Counted from the first letter of the stretch, positions 13,394-25,189 are shown. The stretch: DNA of 64,000 nt from an uncultured delta proteobacterium (GCA_963728565.1 CAVSLC010000010.1:1-64000), one strand, 5' to 3'. The notes: generated by a model not told the origin, from the sequence alone. Program-made: numbers and translations.

Positions 13394-14418
13394 TCCCTGT
13401 TTGGGAAAGGCAAAAGACTTTCGAAATAAGTGAACCAAGCCACGTCGCCGAGGCGCGGCGCTTTACCAGGGAGTTGGCCGAAGACGCGGGGTTTAACGAA
13501 TCTCAAGCCGGCGGCGTCGCGCTCGTTACCACGGAATTGGCAACCAACCTGCTGAAGCACGCCAGCAGCGGTGAGATCGTCGTCCGACCCATCGTTGAAC
13601 GGGGCATCGCGGGGGTGGAACTATTAGCTCTCGACAGAGGCTCGGGAATCGGGAATGTTGCTGAATCTTTGCGCGATGGCTATTCGACTGCGGGGAGTGC
13701 AGGCACGGGTCTTGGCGCCATCGCGCGGCTGGCTGCCGAATTCGACATTCAAACTCAGCCGGGTAAGGGTACCGCCGTGATGGCCCGGCTCTGGGGTGGC
13801 AAGATTCACGAGGCGTCTGAAGATCACATTGCGATCGGGGCGATTTGTAAGCCGATGCCCGGCGAGACGCGTTGCGGTGATGGATGGGGCTGCGAGCTCC
13901 TCGCAGATCGGTGCATTTTGGTGCTGGTCGACGGCCTGGGCCACGGAACGGCTGCTGCGGCCGCAGCCGAACTCGCCATTGCCAGCGTGCGCCAGCACCG
14001 CGCCAAAGGTCCGGCGGCAATCGTTCAATACGCTCACGACGCGCTACGCGCCACGCGCGGCGCGGCTCTCGCCGTGGCGGAGGTCGATTCGGCTCAGCAA
14101 TCGCTGCGTTTTTGCGGCATAGGAAACATCTCCGCCACTATCATTTCGGGAGACAGCCTGCGCCACCTGGTTTCTTACAACGGCACTGCCGGTCATGAAG
14201 CGCGCAAGATTGTCGAGTTCACCTATCCGTGGAGCGCAAACGCGCTCTTGATCATGCATTCTGACGGACTGATGACGCGCTGGAATCTGCAGGCCTATCC
14301 TGGGCTGCTTAAGCGTCATCCTAGCCTTATCGCCGGTGTCCTTTATCGTGATTTTGTCCGCGGCCGCGATGACGTCACTGTCCTAACCGCCAAATGCCCT
14401 GGTGTGAGTACTGAGTAG
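13390..14418 (+). CDS. RsbT-like HATPase fused to a SpoIIE/PP2C phosphatase (RsbX-like)
   Basis: TELATNLLKHA, DRGSGI, GTGLGAI, then CGDGW, VDGLGHG, HSDGL, RDDVTV. Confidence 0.9.
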   Translation: MIPVWERQKTFEISEPSHVAEARRFTRELAEDAGFNESQAGGVALVTTELATNLLKHASSGEIVVRPIVERGIAGVELLALDRGSGIGNVAESLRDGYSTAGSAGTGLGAIARLAAEFDIQTQPGKGTAVMARLWGGKIHEASEDHIAIGAICKPMPGETRCGDGWGCELLADRCILVLVDGLGHGTAAAAAAELAIASVRQHRAKGPAAIVQYAHDALRATRGAALAVAEVDSAQQSLRFCGIGNISATIISGDSLRHLVSYNGTAGHEARKIVEFTYPWSANALLIMHSDGLMTRWNLQAYPGLLKRHPSLIAGVLYRDFVRGRDDVTVLTAKCPGVSTE

Positions 14419-14552
14419 ATCAGCCAAAAGCTGGGCAATGGATCAGCCGCGATTCCGGCGGATAAATGTTTGAACACAAAGATGTGTTTACTTGAGGTCT
14501 TGTTTAGGATTTGCGCTGAGAGCCGCATCAGAACGACAAACCAGGACCGCCT

Positions 14553-16787
14553 ATGAGTTATTCGATCACCCATGTTAGCATCGACTATGAGCACGATGTC
14601 GTCTTAGCGCGCCAACGGGCGCGCGAGATCGCCGCATTGCTTGGCTTCGATAATCAAGATCAGACGCGCGTTGCCACGGCAGTCTCCGAGCTGGCGCGCA
14701 ACGCTTTTGTTTATGCCGGCCGTGGCAGGGTGGATTTCGAGATTGAAGGCCGTACGGTGCCGCAGCTTTTAGTTATCCGGATTGGCGACAACGGTCCCGG
14801 TATCGCAAATCTTCACGAAATTCTGGAAGGGCGTTATGTGTCGCGCACCGGAATGGGGATTGGGCTGATTGGCGCCCGGCGGCTGGTCGATCAATGCGAG
14901 ATCCACAGCGATCCCAAACAAGGAACCAAGATCGCTCTCCGAAAAATTATGCCGCGTCATGCGCCGCTGGTCACAACCGCGTCTCTGCGCAGTTTGGTCG
15001 ATCACTTGGCGCAGCGGCGGCCGCAGGGTCCGATGGAGGAAGTCCAACAGCAAAATCGGGAGCTGGTGCGCGCTTTAGCAGAGTTGCGAGAGCGGCAAGA
15101 TGAGTTGGCGCGGATCAATCGGGAACTTGAAGACACAAACCGCGGCGTGGTGGCGCTTTATGCCGAGTTAGATGAAAAGGCCAGTCACTTGCGTCGCGCG
15201 GACGAAATGAAGTCACGCTTTCTTTCCAACATGAGTCACGAATTTCGCACGCCGCTCAATTCGATTTTGGCATTATCGGGATTGTTGCTGGAGCGCGCCG
15301 ACGGAGAATTAACGAGCGAGCAAGACAAACAAGTTGGCTTCATCCGAAAGGGCGCGGAGACTCTGCTGGAATTGGTAAACGATCTATTGGATTTGGCAAG
15401 AATCGAGGCCGGCAAGGTCGAGGTCCAGCCGGTCGACTTCGAAGTGTCCAATCTTTTCAGCGCGCTCCGCGGCATGCTGCGTCCGCTCCTGGTGGCTCAG
15501 AGCGTTGGCCTGGTTTTCGAAGATCCCCGGGAGATTCCTTGTTTATACTCTGATGAAGGCAAGCTGTCGCAAATCTTGCGCAATTTTATTTCAAACGCGC
15601 TGAAGTTTACGGAACAGGGTTTGATCTCGGTTGCAGCAACTTTTAATAAAACTGATCAGACGGTGACATTTGCGGTCTCGGATACCGGTATGGGTATTCC
15701 GGCTGAAGACCAGTCGAAGATCTTTGAGGAATTTGTCCAGCTCGAAAATCCGGCACAACGAAAAATCAAGGGCACGGGTCTCGGCCTTCCCCTGTGCCGC
15801 AAACTGGCCACACTGCTGAATGGAAAAATCGATTTGGTGAGTCAGATAGGGATCGGTTCAACGTTTTCAGTGACGATTCCGCTTTATCATTCGCAGGTGC
15901 CGGAGAGCCGGACAGTTGGGGAAGCGAAACCGGCGGCTTTATGGGAAATCGATGAAACACGCATTCCCGTTTTGGTTCTGGAGGACGCTCCGGAGACTCG
16001 CCTCCTCTATGAAAAGTTTCTTCGTCAATCTGCGTTTCAACAGATTTCGGCGAACAACCTGGGCGAGGCCCGCCGAATACTACAGCAGGTCCGGCCGCGC
16101 GCCATTGTTATGGATATTCTACTACGCGGTGAAGACTCGTGGACCTGGTTGGCCGAGCTCAAGGCGGAGAGCGCGACGCGGGACATCCCGGTGCTGGTTA
16201 TCACCAGTGTCGACGACGAACGCAAGGGCCTATCCCTGGGAGCCGATGCTTATTGCCTGAAGCCGATCGGGCGCGAAACCTTGATCAGGCAGCTTCAGGC
16301 TCTTACCGGTCTAAATGCTGAAATCTCGGGAGCAGAGCAACCCCTTCAAAACGGCAACGCGCAGCCCTGCGTATTGATCATCGACGACGAACCGGTGGAC
16401 CGCTACATACTGGTGCGCTTACTCGAGCAACAGCCATGCATCATTGAGCAGGCGGCAAGCGGGTTGGAAGGTCTAAAAATCTTGCAAGAAATCAAACCGG
16501 ATCTTATTTTTCTGGATCTCAATATGCCGGGTCTCTCCGGCTACGATGTGTTGAATAAGATCAAGGCCCATCCGTCTACGCGCAATATTCCGGTGGCGGT
16601 GGTGACATCGGCCGAGCTTGACGGGCATCAGCGTCAAGAACTCAAAGAAAAGGCCTATGCGCTAATAAATAAGGTTGACCTCTCGGCCAAAGCCGTTGAT
16701 GATTTGCTTGCGGCAGCGATGGCGCCGGCGGCCCTGCAGGCACGATTGGTCGAGTCGCACAATTGCGAGGCTAGCGGCAGCGGCTGA
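14553..16787 (+). CDS. Hybrid histidine kinase: RsbT-like N-domain, HisKA-HATPase, two REC domains
   Basis: DQTRVATAVSELARN; NMSHEFRTPLN; NFISNALKFT; GTGLGL; REC domains IVMDI and IFLDL. Confidence 0.92.
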   Translation: MSYSITHVSIDYEHDVVLARQRAREIAALLGFDNQDQTRVATAVSELARNAFVYAGRGRVDFEIEGRTVPQLLVIRIGDNGPGIANLHEILEGRYVSRTGMGIGLIGARRLVDQCEIHSDPKQGTKIALRKIMPRHAPLVTTASLRSLVDHLAQRRPQGPMEEVQQQNRELVRALAELRERQDELARINRELEDTNRGVVALYAELDEKASHLRRADEMKSRFLSNMSHEFRTPLNSILALSGLLLERADGELTSEQDKQVGFIRKGAETLLELVNDLLDLARIEAGKVEVQPVDFEVSNLFSALRGMLRPLLVAQSVGLVFEDPREIPCLYSDEGKLSQILRNFISNALKFTEQGLISVAATFNKTDQTVTFAVSDTGMGIPAEDQSKIFEEFVQLENPAQRKIKGTGLGLPLCRKLATLLNGKIDLVSQIGIGSTFSVTIPLYHSQVPESRTVGEAKPAALWEIDETRIPVLVLEDAPETRLLYEKFLRQSAFQQISANNLGEARRILQQVRPRAIVMDILLRGEDSWTWLAELKAESATRDIPVLVITSVDDERKGLSLGADAYCLKPIGRETLIRQLQALTGLNAEISGAEQPLQNGNAQPCVLIIDDEPVDRYILVRLLEQQPCIIEQAASGLEGLKILQEIKPDLIFLDLNMPGLSGYDVLNKIKAHPSTRNIPVAVVTSAELDGHQRQELKEKAYALINKVDLSAKAVDDLLAAAMAPAALQARLVESHNCEASGSG

Positions 16788-16834
16788 AATCGCATCGACC
16801 GGCAGAGTCGGCTGGATTCGCATGAGAGACGCTC

Positions 16835-19800
16835 ATGACTGAACCGTTGGCCCATACTATTGTCAATGTAGACGACGATGATGCCGGCCGTTATGCCAAG
16901 AGCCGAATCCTTCGCCGCGCCGGTTATCGGGTGTTCGAAGCTTCAACCGGCGCGGACGGTCTTGGTTTGGTGGCCGAGGTAAAACCGCAGCTGCTCCTTC
17001 TGGAAGTGAACCTGCCGGATATGAGCGGGCTGGAGGTTTGCCGCATGCTCAAAGCCAACCCTTCGACGTCCGACACTCTCGTTTTGCAGATTTCAGCTTC
17101 GCAGACTACGGCAGAAGACCGTGTGTTTGGCTTGGAAGGCGAAGCGGATGCTTACCTGACTGATCCGGTGCAAGCAAACGAGCTGGTTGCAACCTCGCGC
17201 GCGCTGCTGCGCCTTTACCGCCGTGAACAAGAAAACCGAGAATTGCTGGCTGCCTTGCGCCGCAGCGAATCGCAGTTTCGCGCCAGCTTCGAGCTGGCCG
17301 GCGTCGGCAAGACACAAATCGACGCCTCAACGGGAAAATTCATTGGCATCAATAAATGTTTCTGTGAGCTGGTCGGTTATACCGAGTCAGAGCTGTTGGG
17401 CTTGGCGCCATCCGATCTGACTCACCCAGACGATCGCTGCCGTGAAGCCGAGTTAGTTGCCGCGTTATTGCGAGGTGAAACCGAGGATCTGGTCGAAGAA
17501 AAACGTCTGGTGCGCAAAGACGGGCGAATTCTCTGGGTCTCGATCAACGTCAAATTGATCCGCGATGCCACGGGCGCGCCGGAGCGGACAATCTCTGTCG
17601 TCGTCGATATCAGCGAGGGCAAGCGCGCTGAAGAGCGAGCGCGCCGGCAGAACGAACGACTGGCCTTGCTTGCGCAAGTCTCGGAGCGACTGCTTACCGC
17701 GGATGATCCCGCTGTGATGATCAGAGAAGTTTTCGAGACCGTGCGGCAGCACCTCGCATTGGATACCTACTTCAATTACCGGGTGGACAGCTCCGGTTCC
17801 GCCCTCGTGCTGGAGTCCCGCGGCGATGCAGACTCTGACGCGTTGCCCGCCTCACAGCCACTCCATATCAGCAAATCGCTCCATGAGGTTCCCGCGCATT
17901 TACGCCAGGAGGTCATCCGGAAAGCACTCAAGAAGGTCGATGATCAACAGGCGAAGTCTGCCCAGTCGCGGGGCTTTTCGGCCTATGCCGGTCATCCTCT
18001 GCTGCTTGCCGAGCGCTTGATCGGCACACTATGTTTCGCGAGCAAGAGGCGCGACGATTTCGACAACGACGAAATCGACTTCATGCGGACGATTTGCCAT
18101 TACGTGGCGATGGCGCAAGAGCGTTTGCGCCTGCTGGCGGAATCGCGCCAGCAGGTGGAGCGGCTTGAGCAAAGTGAAAGCAGGCTCCGGCTGGCGGTGG
18201 ACGGCGCCGGCATGGGGATCTGGGATGTGGATTTGCGAACCGACACTTTAGTCTGGAATCGCGAGCTGTACTCACTGTTGGGATACGTTTCGGATGCCGG
18301 ACCCGTCACCCGCCAGATGTGGCGCTCGCGTATTTACCCTGAGGATTTCACCGGTGTCGCGCAAGCGATGGAGCGGGCCAAGTCGTCTCGATCCCTCTAC
18401 TGTCTGGAACACCGGATCATACGCGCCGACAATGGCGAGATTCGCTGGCTGGCGCCGTTCGGCCGGTTTCTCTACGATGACGCGGGCACGGCGGTTCGGT
18501 TTCTTGGCATCGTGTTTGACTTCACCGAGCGGAAACGCGCTGAGGATGCCTTCCATGAGACTGCTGAGCGGCTTCGTTTAGCGCAGGTCAGCGCTCATCT
18601 TGGTATCTTCGACTGGAACGCGCGAACCAACGAGTTAGCATGGACGCCCGAGCAAGAGATGGTCTATGGAGTGCCCGCCCGGGGCATGACCCGTTACGAG
18701 CACTGGCAAAAGCTCGTTCACCCGGAGGACCTTGCGCGCGTGGAGGCTGAGCGGGCTAAGGCCATTGGACAGCGGCAGCCGTTCACTTTGGAATATCGCA
18801 TTCTGCATCCTTCCGGAAAGACTCACTGGATAGCTTCCAAAGGCCAGGGTTGGTACGACGCCGCCGGCCAGTTAACCCGCGTTCTTGGCGTCAACATCGA
18901 CATCACTGAGACCAAGCGAGCCGAAGAAGAGCTGCGCCACCAAAAGCAACTGCTTGAGACAATTACCGATAATGCGCCATCGATGTTGTTTATGACCGAT
19001 CCGATGGGACGCGTAACCTTTGCCAATCCGGCGGCACGGCATTTGACCGGTTATGATGAGCAAGAGCTGATCGGCCAGATTCTGCATGAAAAAATTCATC
19101 ACAGCCGGCCCGACGGCTCGCCTTACCCGATCAGCGATTGTCGACTTCATAATGTGCTGCCGTTCGAGGAACGAATTACAGGTCACGAAGAGATGTTCGT
19201 GCGCAAGGACGGAACCTTTTTCTCTGTGCGTTGCGCCGCCAGCCCGATAATTCAAGACGGCATGCCCGTCGGCACCGTGATCGAAGGCCAGGACATCACC
19301 AAAGAGAAGAAAGCGGAGCGCGCGCTACGGGACAGTGAAGAACGGCTGCGCATGCTGTCCAACTATGTGCCCGTGTTCGTCTGGGCTTGCCGCGCCGACG
19401 GGTGGTGCTATTCGCTCAATGATCGCTGGTACGAGTATACCGGTCTTAAGCCGGAGCAGGCGCTCGGTGTCGGTTGGTTGGACGCGCTACATCCGGAAGA
19501 TCGGGAGCAGGCGCTCTCGAAATGGGATCAGGCTGTCGCTCGCGGGGATGGTTACGAGATGGAGTTGCGTTGCCGGCGTCACGATGGCGAATATCGCTGG
19601 TTTATCGCGAAAGCTCTTCCGGTCAAGGATGCGGGCGGCCTGATTACCGACTGGTTCGGCACTAGCTTGGATATCCATGACCGTAAATCAGGGGAACAGA
19701 GTCTCGCTCATCTCGCCGCCATCGTCACCTCATCGCAGGACGCCGTCATCTCGTTCTCACGAGATTTCAAGATTGTCACGTGGAATCGGGCGGCAGAGAA

Positions 19801-22436
19801 ACTCTTCGGCTGGTCGGCGGCGGAAGCGTTAGGTCAAACCGCTGAGATTTATGTGCCCCCGGAATGTTCGGATGAATCGGCGCAGATAACAGAAACCTTG
19901 AGACGTGGCGAAGCCATTGATCAGCTGGAGACGGTACGCCGGCGTAAGGACGGCAGCCGGGTTGACGTGTCTTTGACCATCTCACCGATCAAGGTCGATC
20001 AAGAAGTCATCGGCGTGTCTGTGACTGCGCGGGATATCACCGAGCGCAAGAGAATCGAGCAACAGCGCGAACAGCAATCGCGGCTTTTGGATCTGTCATT
20101 GGATGCGATCAGCGTCTGGAGCGTAGCTCATGGTATCGAGTACTGGAATGAAGGCGCTGAAAAGCTCTACGGCTATTCCGCCGAGGAGGCCACTGGTCGG
20201 TCGATGCAGGATCTACTAAAAACTAGCCAGTCGGTGTCTCTGCAGGAGATCGAAGATCAGATTCGCCGTGAAGGCGAATGGGAAGGGCGGATCAGCCTTA
20301 TCAACAAACGCAGCGGCCAGGTGGCGGTTCTCAGCCGGCAGCAGCGGATCGCGCGGCCCGACGGCGAAGTCATTCTCGAGGTCAATCGAGACATCACCAT
20401 TCTTGAGGAAGCGGAGCAGGCGGTGGCTGAGGCGGCCGCTCATCTAAAAGCCATCGTTGAGACTGCGGTAGACGGAATCATCACCATCGATGAGAATGGC
20501 ATCATTGCCTCCGTCAATCCAGCGGTCGAGAAGATGTTCGGTTATTCAGCGCGCGAACTGATCGGGCGCAATCTCTCAATGCTCATGGCCGAACCGTACC
20601 GGTCCGAACACGACGACTACTTGAATCACTATCGCCGGACCGGAGAACGCAAGGTGATCGGCGTTGGCCGCGAGGTGCGGGGCCGGCGCAAGGACGGCAG
20701 CGAGTTCCCGGTGGATTTAGGGGTTAGCGAGACCATGATCGGCGCGCGCCGGTTCTTCACCGGTCTGGTGCGTGACGCCACGGGCCGCAAGCAGGTGGAG
20801 CAGGCCTTAATAGATGCCAAAGACGCGGCCGATACCGCGAGCTATGCCAAGAGTGAATTCCTCGCCAACATGAGTCATGAGATTCGCAGTCCCCTAACCG
20901 GAGTCTTAGGGTACGCTGAAATCTTATCGAACCGCCTGAAGGATCCCAACGATCTCGATTGCGTGCGCACAATTAAGCAAAGCGGCCAGTATCTGTTGCA
21001 GATCATCAATGACATTCTAGACCTGGCCAAAATTGAGGCACAGGGTGTCGAGCTTGATCGAGAGATTATTTATCTGCCGGCTTTTTTAACCGAAGTTTAC
21101 GCGCTCATGGAAGTGAGCGCGAAAGAAAAGGCATTGCCGCTGTTTTTAAAGTACGACGGGTTTATCCCGCAAAAAATCGAGAGCGATTCGAAAAGATTGC
21201 GCCAGATTCTGATCAACTTATTGAGCAACGCAATCAAGTTTACCGATCACGGCAAGGTCGAGTTTGCCGTGCGGTTTCTACGAGCGGAGTCGCAGCTGCA
21301 GTTTGAAGTTAGCGACTCGGGTATCGGTATGACCGAAGAGCAGCAGCAAAACTTATTTCGCCCGTTTACACAAGGCGATAGTTCGGTAACAAAAGTTTAT
21401 GGCGGCACGGGCCTCGGATTGGCGATTTCGAGGCGTTTGGTTGGCGCTCTCGGCGGTGCTATCGCGGTCGAGAGTTTATCCGGTCGCGGCAGCACCTTCC
21501 GGGTGACGATTCCAGTCCAAGTGCTCTCCAATGCCTCCTACGGTGCTTCGATGACCCAGAAGAACGCCGGCGCGGCAGCGATTGTTTGCCGAAAAGATGG
21601 CTGCGCGGGTATTGATCTGCGAAGACCAACCGGAGATCCGCCGCCTCCTGGGCTGTTTTATCGAAGATGCCGGCGGTCGAGTGACCTTGGCCGATAGCGG
21701 CGAGGCGGCGCTTGAGGTGGTTCAGCAAACCGGTGATGACTTGGATGTGGTTCTTTTGGACATTCAAATGCCGCGGCTCGATGGGTATGAGGTTGCTCGC
21801 CGAATCCGACAGTTGGGATTTCGCAAACCAGTGATTGCTGTAACTGCGGCGGCCATGCCCAGTGACCGAGACAAGTGCTTAAAGGCCGGTTGCGATGACT
21901 ACCTACCGAAGCCTATCGAATTCGAAACACTGCTAACTATGATCGCGCGCTACACCGCCAAGCCAGCCCCTGATCAAGCTTCGTTGAACTTAGTCGAGCG
22001 GCAACCGGACGCGGATACTGCGCCTGCTGAGGATTCTTCGGCGGCGTCCTCGACGCCAAAGCACTGCCGCATTTTGGTGGTCGATGATCGTCCCGTGGCA
22101 CTGAACGCGACCAGCCGTCTGCTTGAACTGGAGGGTCATACGGTCCGCAGCGCTTCGACGGGACATGCCGCGCTTCGTATTGCACGAGAGTTTGCGCCGG
22201 ATCTTGTGCTGTTGGATATCAGCCTGCCGGACATCAGCGGGTATGAGGTGTTCCGCCGGCTAAAAGCGAGCGAGTCACTCGCGGGAACTGTATTTGTGGC
22301 CTTGTCAGGCCATGGTTACGAAGAGCGTCTACGCGCGCGCCAAGTCGGCTTTGACGATTATCTGATGAAGCCTTTCGATATCAAAGAGGTCGACAGGCTG
22401 ATTGCGGTTAACTTAGCTCAGGACAGACGTTTGTAA
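16835..22436 (+). CDS. Large multi-sensor hybrid kinase: REC-PAS-GAF-7xPAS-HisKA-HATPase-REC-REC (one frameshift ~21585)
   Basis: Repeated PAS/PAC motifs (HPED, DITERKR), NMSHEIRSPL, NLLSNAIKFT, GGTGLGL; ORF 21582-22436 supplies the two REC domains. Confidence 0.92.
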
Positions 22437-22694
22437 GGGCTCTCTACCCTAAATTTCGTGTGATCTCGGCAGCACTCGGCCCTTCACCTGTCGTTCTCGT
22501 GTTCCCTCAACCTAGAACCAGGCAATTTGGTCTACTCTTCTAAAATCGATCCTGCACGGGGAATAATCCGTTGCTCAGGTAAAAAACCGTCGGTGAATCG
22601 CCAAGTCATCTTTGGGACATCTATATCTGAAGCTGATTCCGATCAGTTGCGGCGGTGAAAGAGCTCCGCTGCCCAGTCGACGAAATTCATAAAC

Positions 22695-22710
22695 CGGCAT
22701 ATTTTTTGCC
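22695..22710 (+). promoter_or_regulatory. sigma54 -24/-12 promoter
   Basis: CGGCATATTTTTTGCC upstream of the YihY gene. Confidence 0.6.
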
Positions 22711-22785
22711 GCTTCTCCCTCTCATGTTCTATTTAAGGCATAGCTTCGCCGCGCGTCGATTGCCTAATCCGCACCCGGGAGAAGC

Positions 22786-24051
22786 TTGAAAGTGCGCTCG
22801 TTCTTGCGGGTGCTCAAGCCGCTGCGAATTCGTTCCGCGCAATTTTTCCACCTGCTCTTTCTCAAGTACTACGAGAATATGCTGGGCTTGCGGGCGGCAA
22901 GCTTAACCTACGCGACATTGCTGTCGCTGGTGCCGCTTCTCGCGGTGACGTTTTCTGTGCTCAAAGCTTTCGGCGTTCAGCAGTTGATCGAGCCATTCTT
23001 GACGCAAGCTCTGGCTCCTCTCGGGCCGGAGCGGATTGAGATCACTCGCCGTTTGATCGGGTTCGTCGATAATACTCGGGTCGATGTTCTCGGCGCCGTT
23101 GGTGTCGCAGGGCTATTTTATTCGGTGATTTATCTCGTAAGCACGGTTGAGGAAGCGTTGAACCAGATCTGGCGAGCCCAGCCTTCCCGCACCTGGACCC
23201 GACGCTACGGTGAATACATGGGGCTGCTGTTGGTCGGCCCGGTTCTGATCTTCGCCGCTTTTGCCGTGATTGCGTCGGCCCAGAGTTACTGGCTCGTGCA
23301 ACGGCTGGTGGACACGACTGTATTTGGTCTCAGGTTCGCGCTGCTAACGCGCTTTCTGCCATTCTTATTTCTATGGGCGGCATTCGCTTTTCTCTATAAG
23401 TTTATGCCTAGCACGCACGTGCCTCTGAGTTCGTCGTTGATCGGCGCCGCTGTGGCGGCAATTCTGTGGCAGTTGATGAGTATCGTTTTCACCGCGTTCA
23501 TCGTTAATTCGGTGAGCTATGCCGCGATCTATTCGGGCTTCGCTATTCTAGTGGTCTTTTTGGTGTGGCTGTACGCGGCCTGGCTGGTAATCCTGATCGG
23601 CGCCGAGGTCGGCTATCTGCATCAACACTCCTCGGTTTACCTGCCGGGCGCTGCTGCGGTGAAGCAGGGTCACCTGTTTGAAGAACAACTAGCCTTATCG
23701 TTGATGTGTGAGATTGGCCAGCGATTCATTACCGGCAAGCCTCCGGCAACGGAAAAAAATTTAAGCCGCACGCTCGGAGTGCCGCCCGACCAACTCGACA
23801 GTTTGCTGGAGAAATACATTGGCCGCGGCTTGGTGCTGAGGTCCGCCGAGCCCGCCGGCGTCAGTTTAGCCAGACCCCCCGAACAGATACCGGCAACGGA
23901 AATTCTCGACATCCTGCATGGCCCCGCGGACTCCAGCAGCGATGCCAGGGATCCAATAACAGAATTTCTGCGAAGGCGCGAGGCAATCATTCACGAAAAC
24001 TTGGCAGCGGTCACTCTTAAGGATTTGGCGAGTCCAGATCGGTCAGCGTAA
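22786..24051 (+). CDS. YihY/BrkB-family membrane protein with a C-terminal Rrf2-like wHTH
   Basis: AASLTYATLLSLVP, LNQIW, YKFMP, IYSGFA, LIGAEV; C-terminal LARPPEQI..EIL. Confidence 0.88.
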   Translation: MKVRSFLRVLKPLRIRSAQFFHLLFLKYYENMLGLRAASLTYATLLSLVPLLAVTFSVLKAFGVQQLIEPFLTQALAPLGPERIEITRRLIGFVDNTRVDVLGAVGVAGLFYSVIYLVSTVEEALNQIWRAQPSRTWTRRYGEYMGLLLVGPVLIFAAFAVIASAQSYWLVQRLVDTTVFGLRFALLTRFLPFLFLWAAFAFLYKFMPSTHVPLSSSLIGAAVAAILWQLMSIVFTAFIVNSVSYAAIYSGFAILVVFLVWLYAAWLVILIGAEVGYLHQHSSVYLPGAAAVKQGHLFEEQLALSLMCEIGQRFITGKPPATEKNLSRTLGVPPDQLDSLLEKYIGRGLVLRSAEPAGVSLARPPEQIPATEILDILHGPADSSSDARDPITEFLRRREAIIHENLAAVTLKDLASPDRSA

Positions 24052-24064
24052 CTGTTCCAGTTAT

Positions 24065-24080
24065 TGGCATGTCCTGTGCG
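24065..24080 (+). promoter_or_regulatory. sigma54 -24/-12 promoter (variant -12)
   Basis: TGGCATGTCCTGTGCG. Confidence 0.5.
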
Positions 24081-24124
24081 ATGCAGATGCTGGATACAAC
24101 GAGGTTACAACCAAGGAGGCGATC

Positions 24125-24274
24125 ATGCTTTGGACTATATTCGTGGTACTTCTCGTCTTGTGGGCCCTAGGTTTTGTCAGCGGCTACGCCATTGGTGGAT
24201 TCATTCATCTGCTTTTGGTAATCGCCGTGGTAGTATTGCTGATTCAGTTGATTCAAGGGCGTAGGTCGATCTGA
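24125..24274 (+). CDS. lmo0937-family small membrane protein (49 aa, absent from ORF track)
   Basis: AAGGAGG RBS; MLWTIFVVLLVLWALGFVSGYAIGGFIHLLLVIAVVVLLIQLIQGRRSI. Confidence 0.9.
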   Translation: MLWTIFVVLLVLWALGFVSGYAIGGFIHLLLVIAVVVLLIQLIQGRRSI

Positions 24275-24426
24275 GCCGACACCTCAGTTTAGGATTGACT
24301 TTGAGTAATTACGATAGTATGCCTTGTGACAACATTCGTGTCCCAACGACAGTCGATAAGATTCGCAATCATTGATGCTGGCTTGTGGCGCTCCAGTATG
24401 GTTTGAGCGCAGCGGTTAAGATCAGG

Positions 24427-24476
24427 TGTAGCGTTCGCAGTACAGGCGAAGGAATACACGTAGCGTTTGCCGGACA
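24427..24476. promoter_or_regulatory. Tandem YGT-N12-ACA elements
   Basis: TGTAGCGTTCGCAGTACA (24427) and CGTAGCGTTTGCCGGACA (24459), 32 bp apart. Confidence 0.6.
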
Positions 24477-24538
24477 CCGTTAAGGCATCTACATTGTAAT
24501 AGTTGTGTATTTACAAGGCGCTAGTGTTTTCGCGGAGT

Positions 24539-24554
24539 TGGCATCTTCATTGCT
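24539..24554 (+). promoter_or_regulatory. sigma54 -24/-12 promoter
   Basis: TGGCATCTTCATTGCT, 38 bp before the ATG at 24592. Confidence 0.8.
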
Positions 24555-24591
24555 CACAAAAGCTTCAAATTTTATCAGTGGAGGTATTTCT

Positions 24592-25149
24592 ATGAAAAAA
24601 GTTTTCCTATCTCTAGTGGGTTGGGCGTTGATCAGTTCGCTCGCTGGAGTTGCGACTGTCGCTGCCGCACCTCGACAGGGCGCAAGTGAGGTTCAGGTAT
24701 CGGGCGGATTGTTTCATGCAGAAGATTCTGACTTCGGCAATTTGAATCTCGATTTGAGCTATGGGTGGTATCTGAGCCCAGGTTGGCAAGTAGGCTTTCG
24801 CCAGGCGCTCAATTACCTCTTCGTAGACGATGCCAGCGATCAATGGATCGCCACTACCGCTCCTTTTGTTAATTACCATTTTCGGGTTACCGACATCATC
24901 GTTCCCTATCTCGGCGCTTTCATCGGCGCAGCGTGGAACGATGATGACGTGACTGGAACCCTTGGCCCTCAGCTTGGTGTCAAACTTTTCGTTCATGAGC
25001 AGACTTTCGTGAATCTTGGTTATCGATACGAGTGGTTTTGGGATAAGTTCGAGCGAATCAATAACGAATCCGATAATGGCAATCATGTGTTCAACATCGG
25101 TGTTGGCTTCACGTGGGGCGGTTCCGGAGCCGGCACAAGAAGACCGTAA
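24592..25149 (+). CDS. Outer-membrane beta-barrel protein (8-stranded type)
   Basis: GGAGG RBS, signal peptide, alternating aromatic beta strands (PFVNYHF, VPYLG, LGYRYEW, IGVGFTW). Confidence 0.8.
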   Translation: MKKVFLSLVGWALISSLAGVATVAAAPRQGASEVQVSGGLFHAEDSDFGNLNLDLSYGWYLSPGWQVGFRQALNYLFVDDASDQWIATTAPFVNYHFRVTDIIVPYLGAFIGAAWNDDDVTGTLGPQLGVKLFVHEQTFVNLGYRYEWFWDKFERINNESDNGNHVFNIGVGFTWGGSGAGTRRP

Positions 25150-25189
25150 CCGTTCTTTCGAATATCTAACGATACAGAACGTTAATTCC

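Noticed and set aside
21560-21610. Programmed frameshift in the giant kinase
   Set aside because: No clear slippery heptamer, and the window has many indel-like errors
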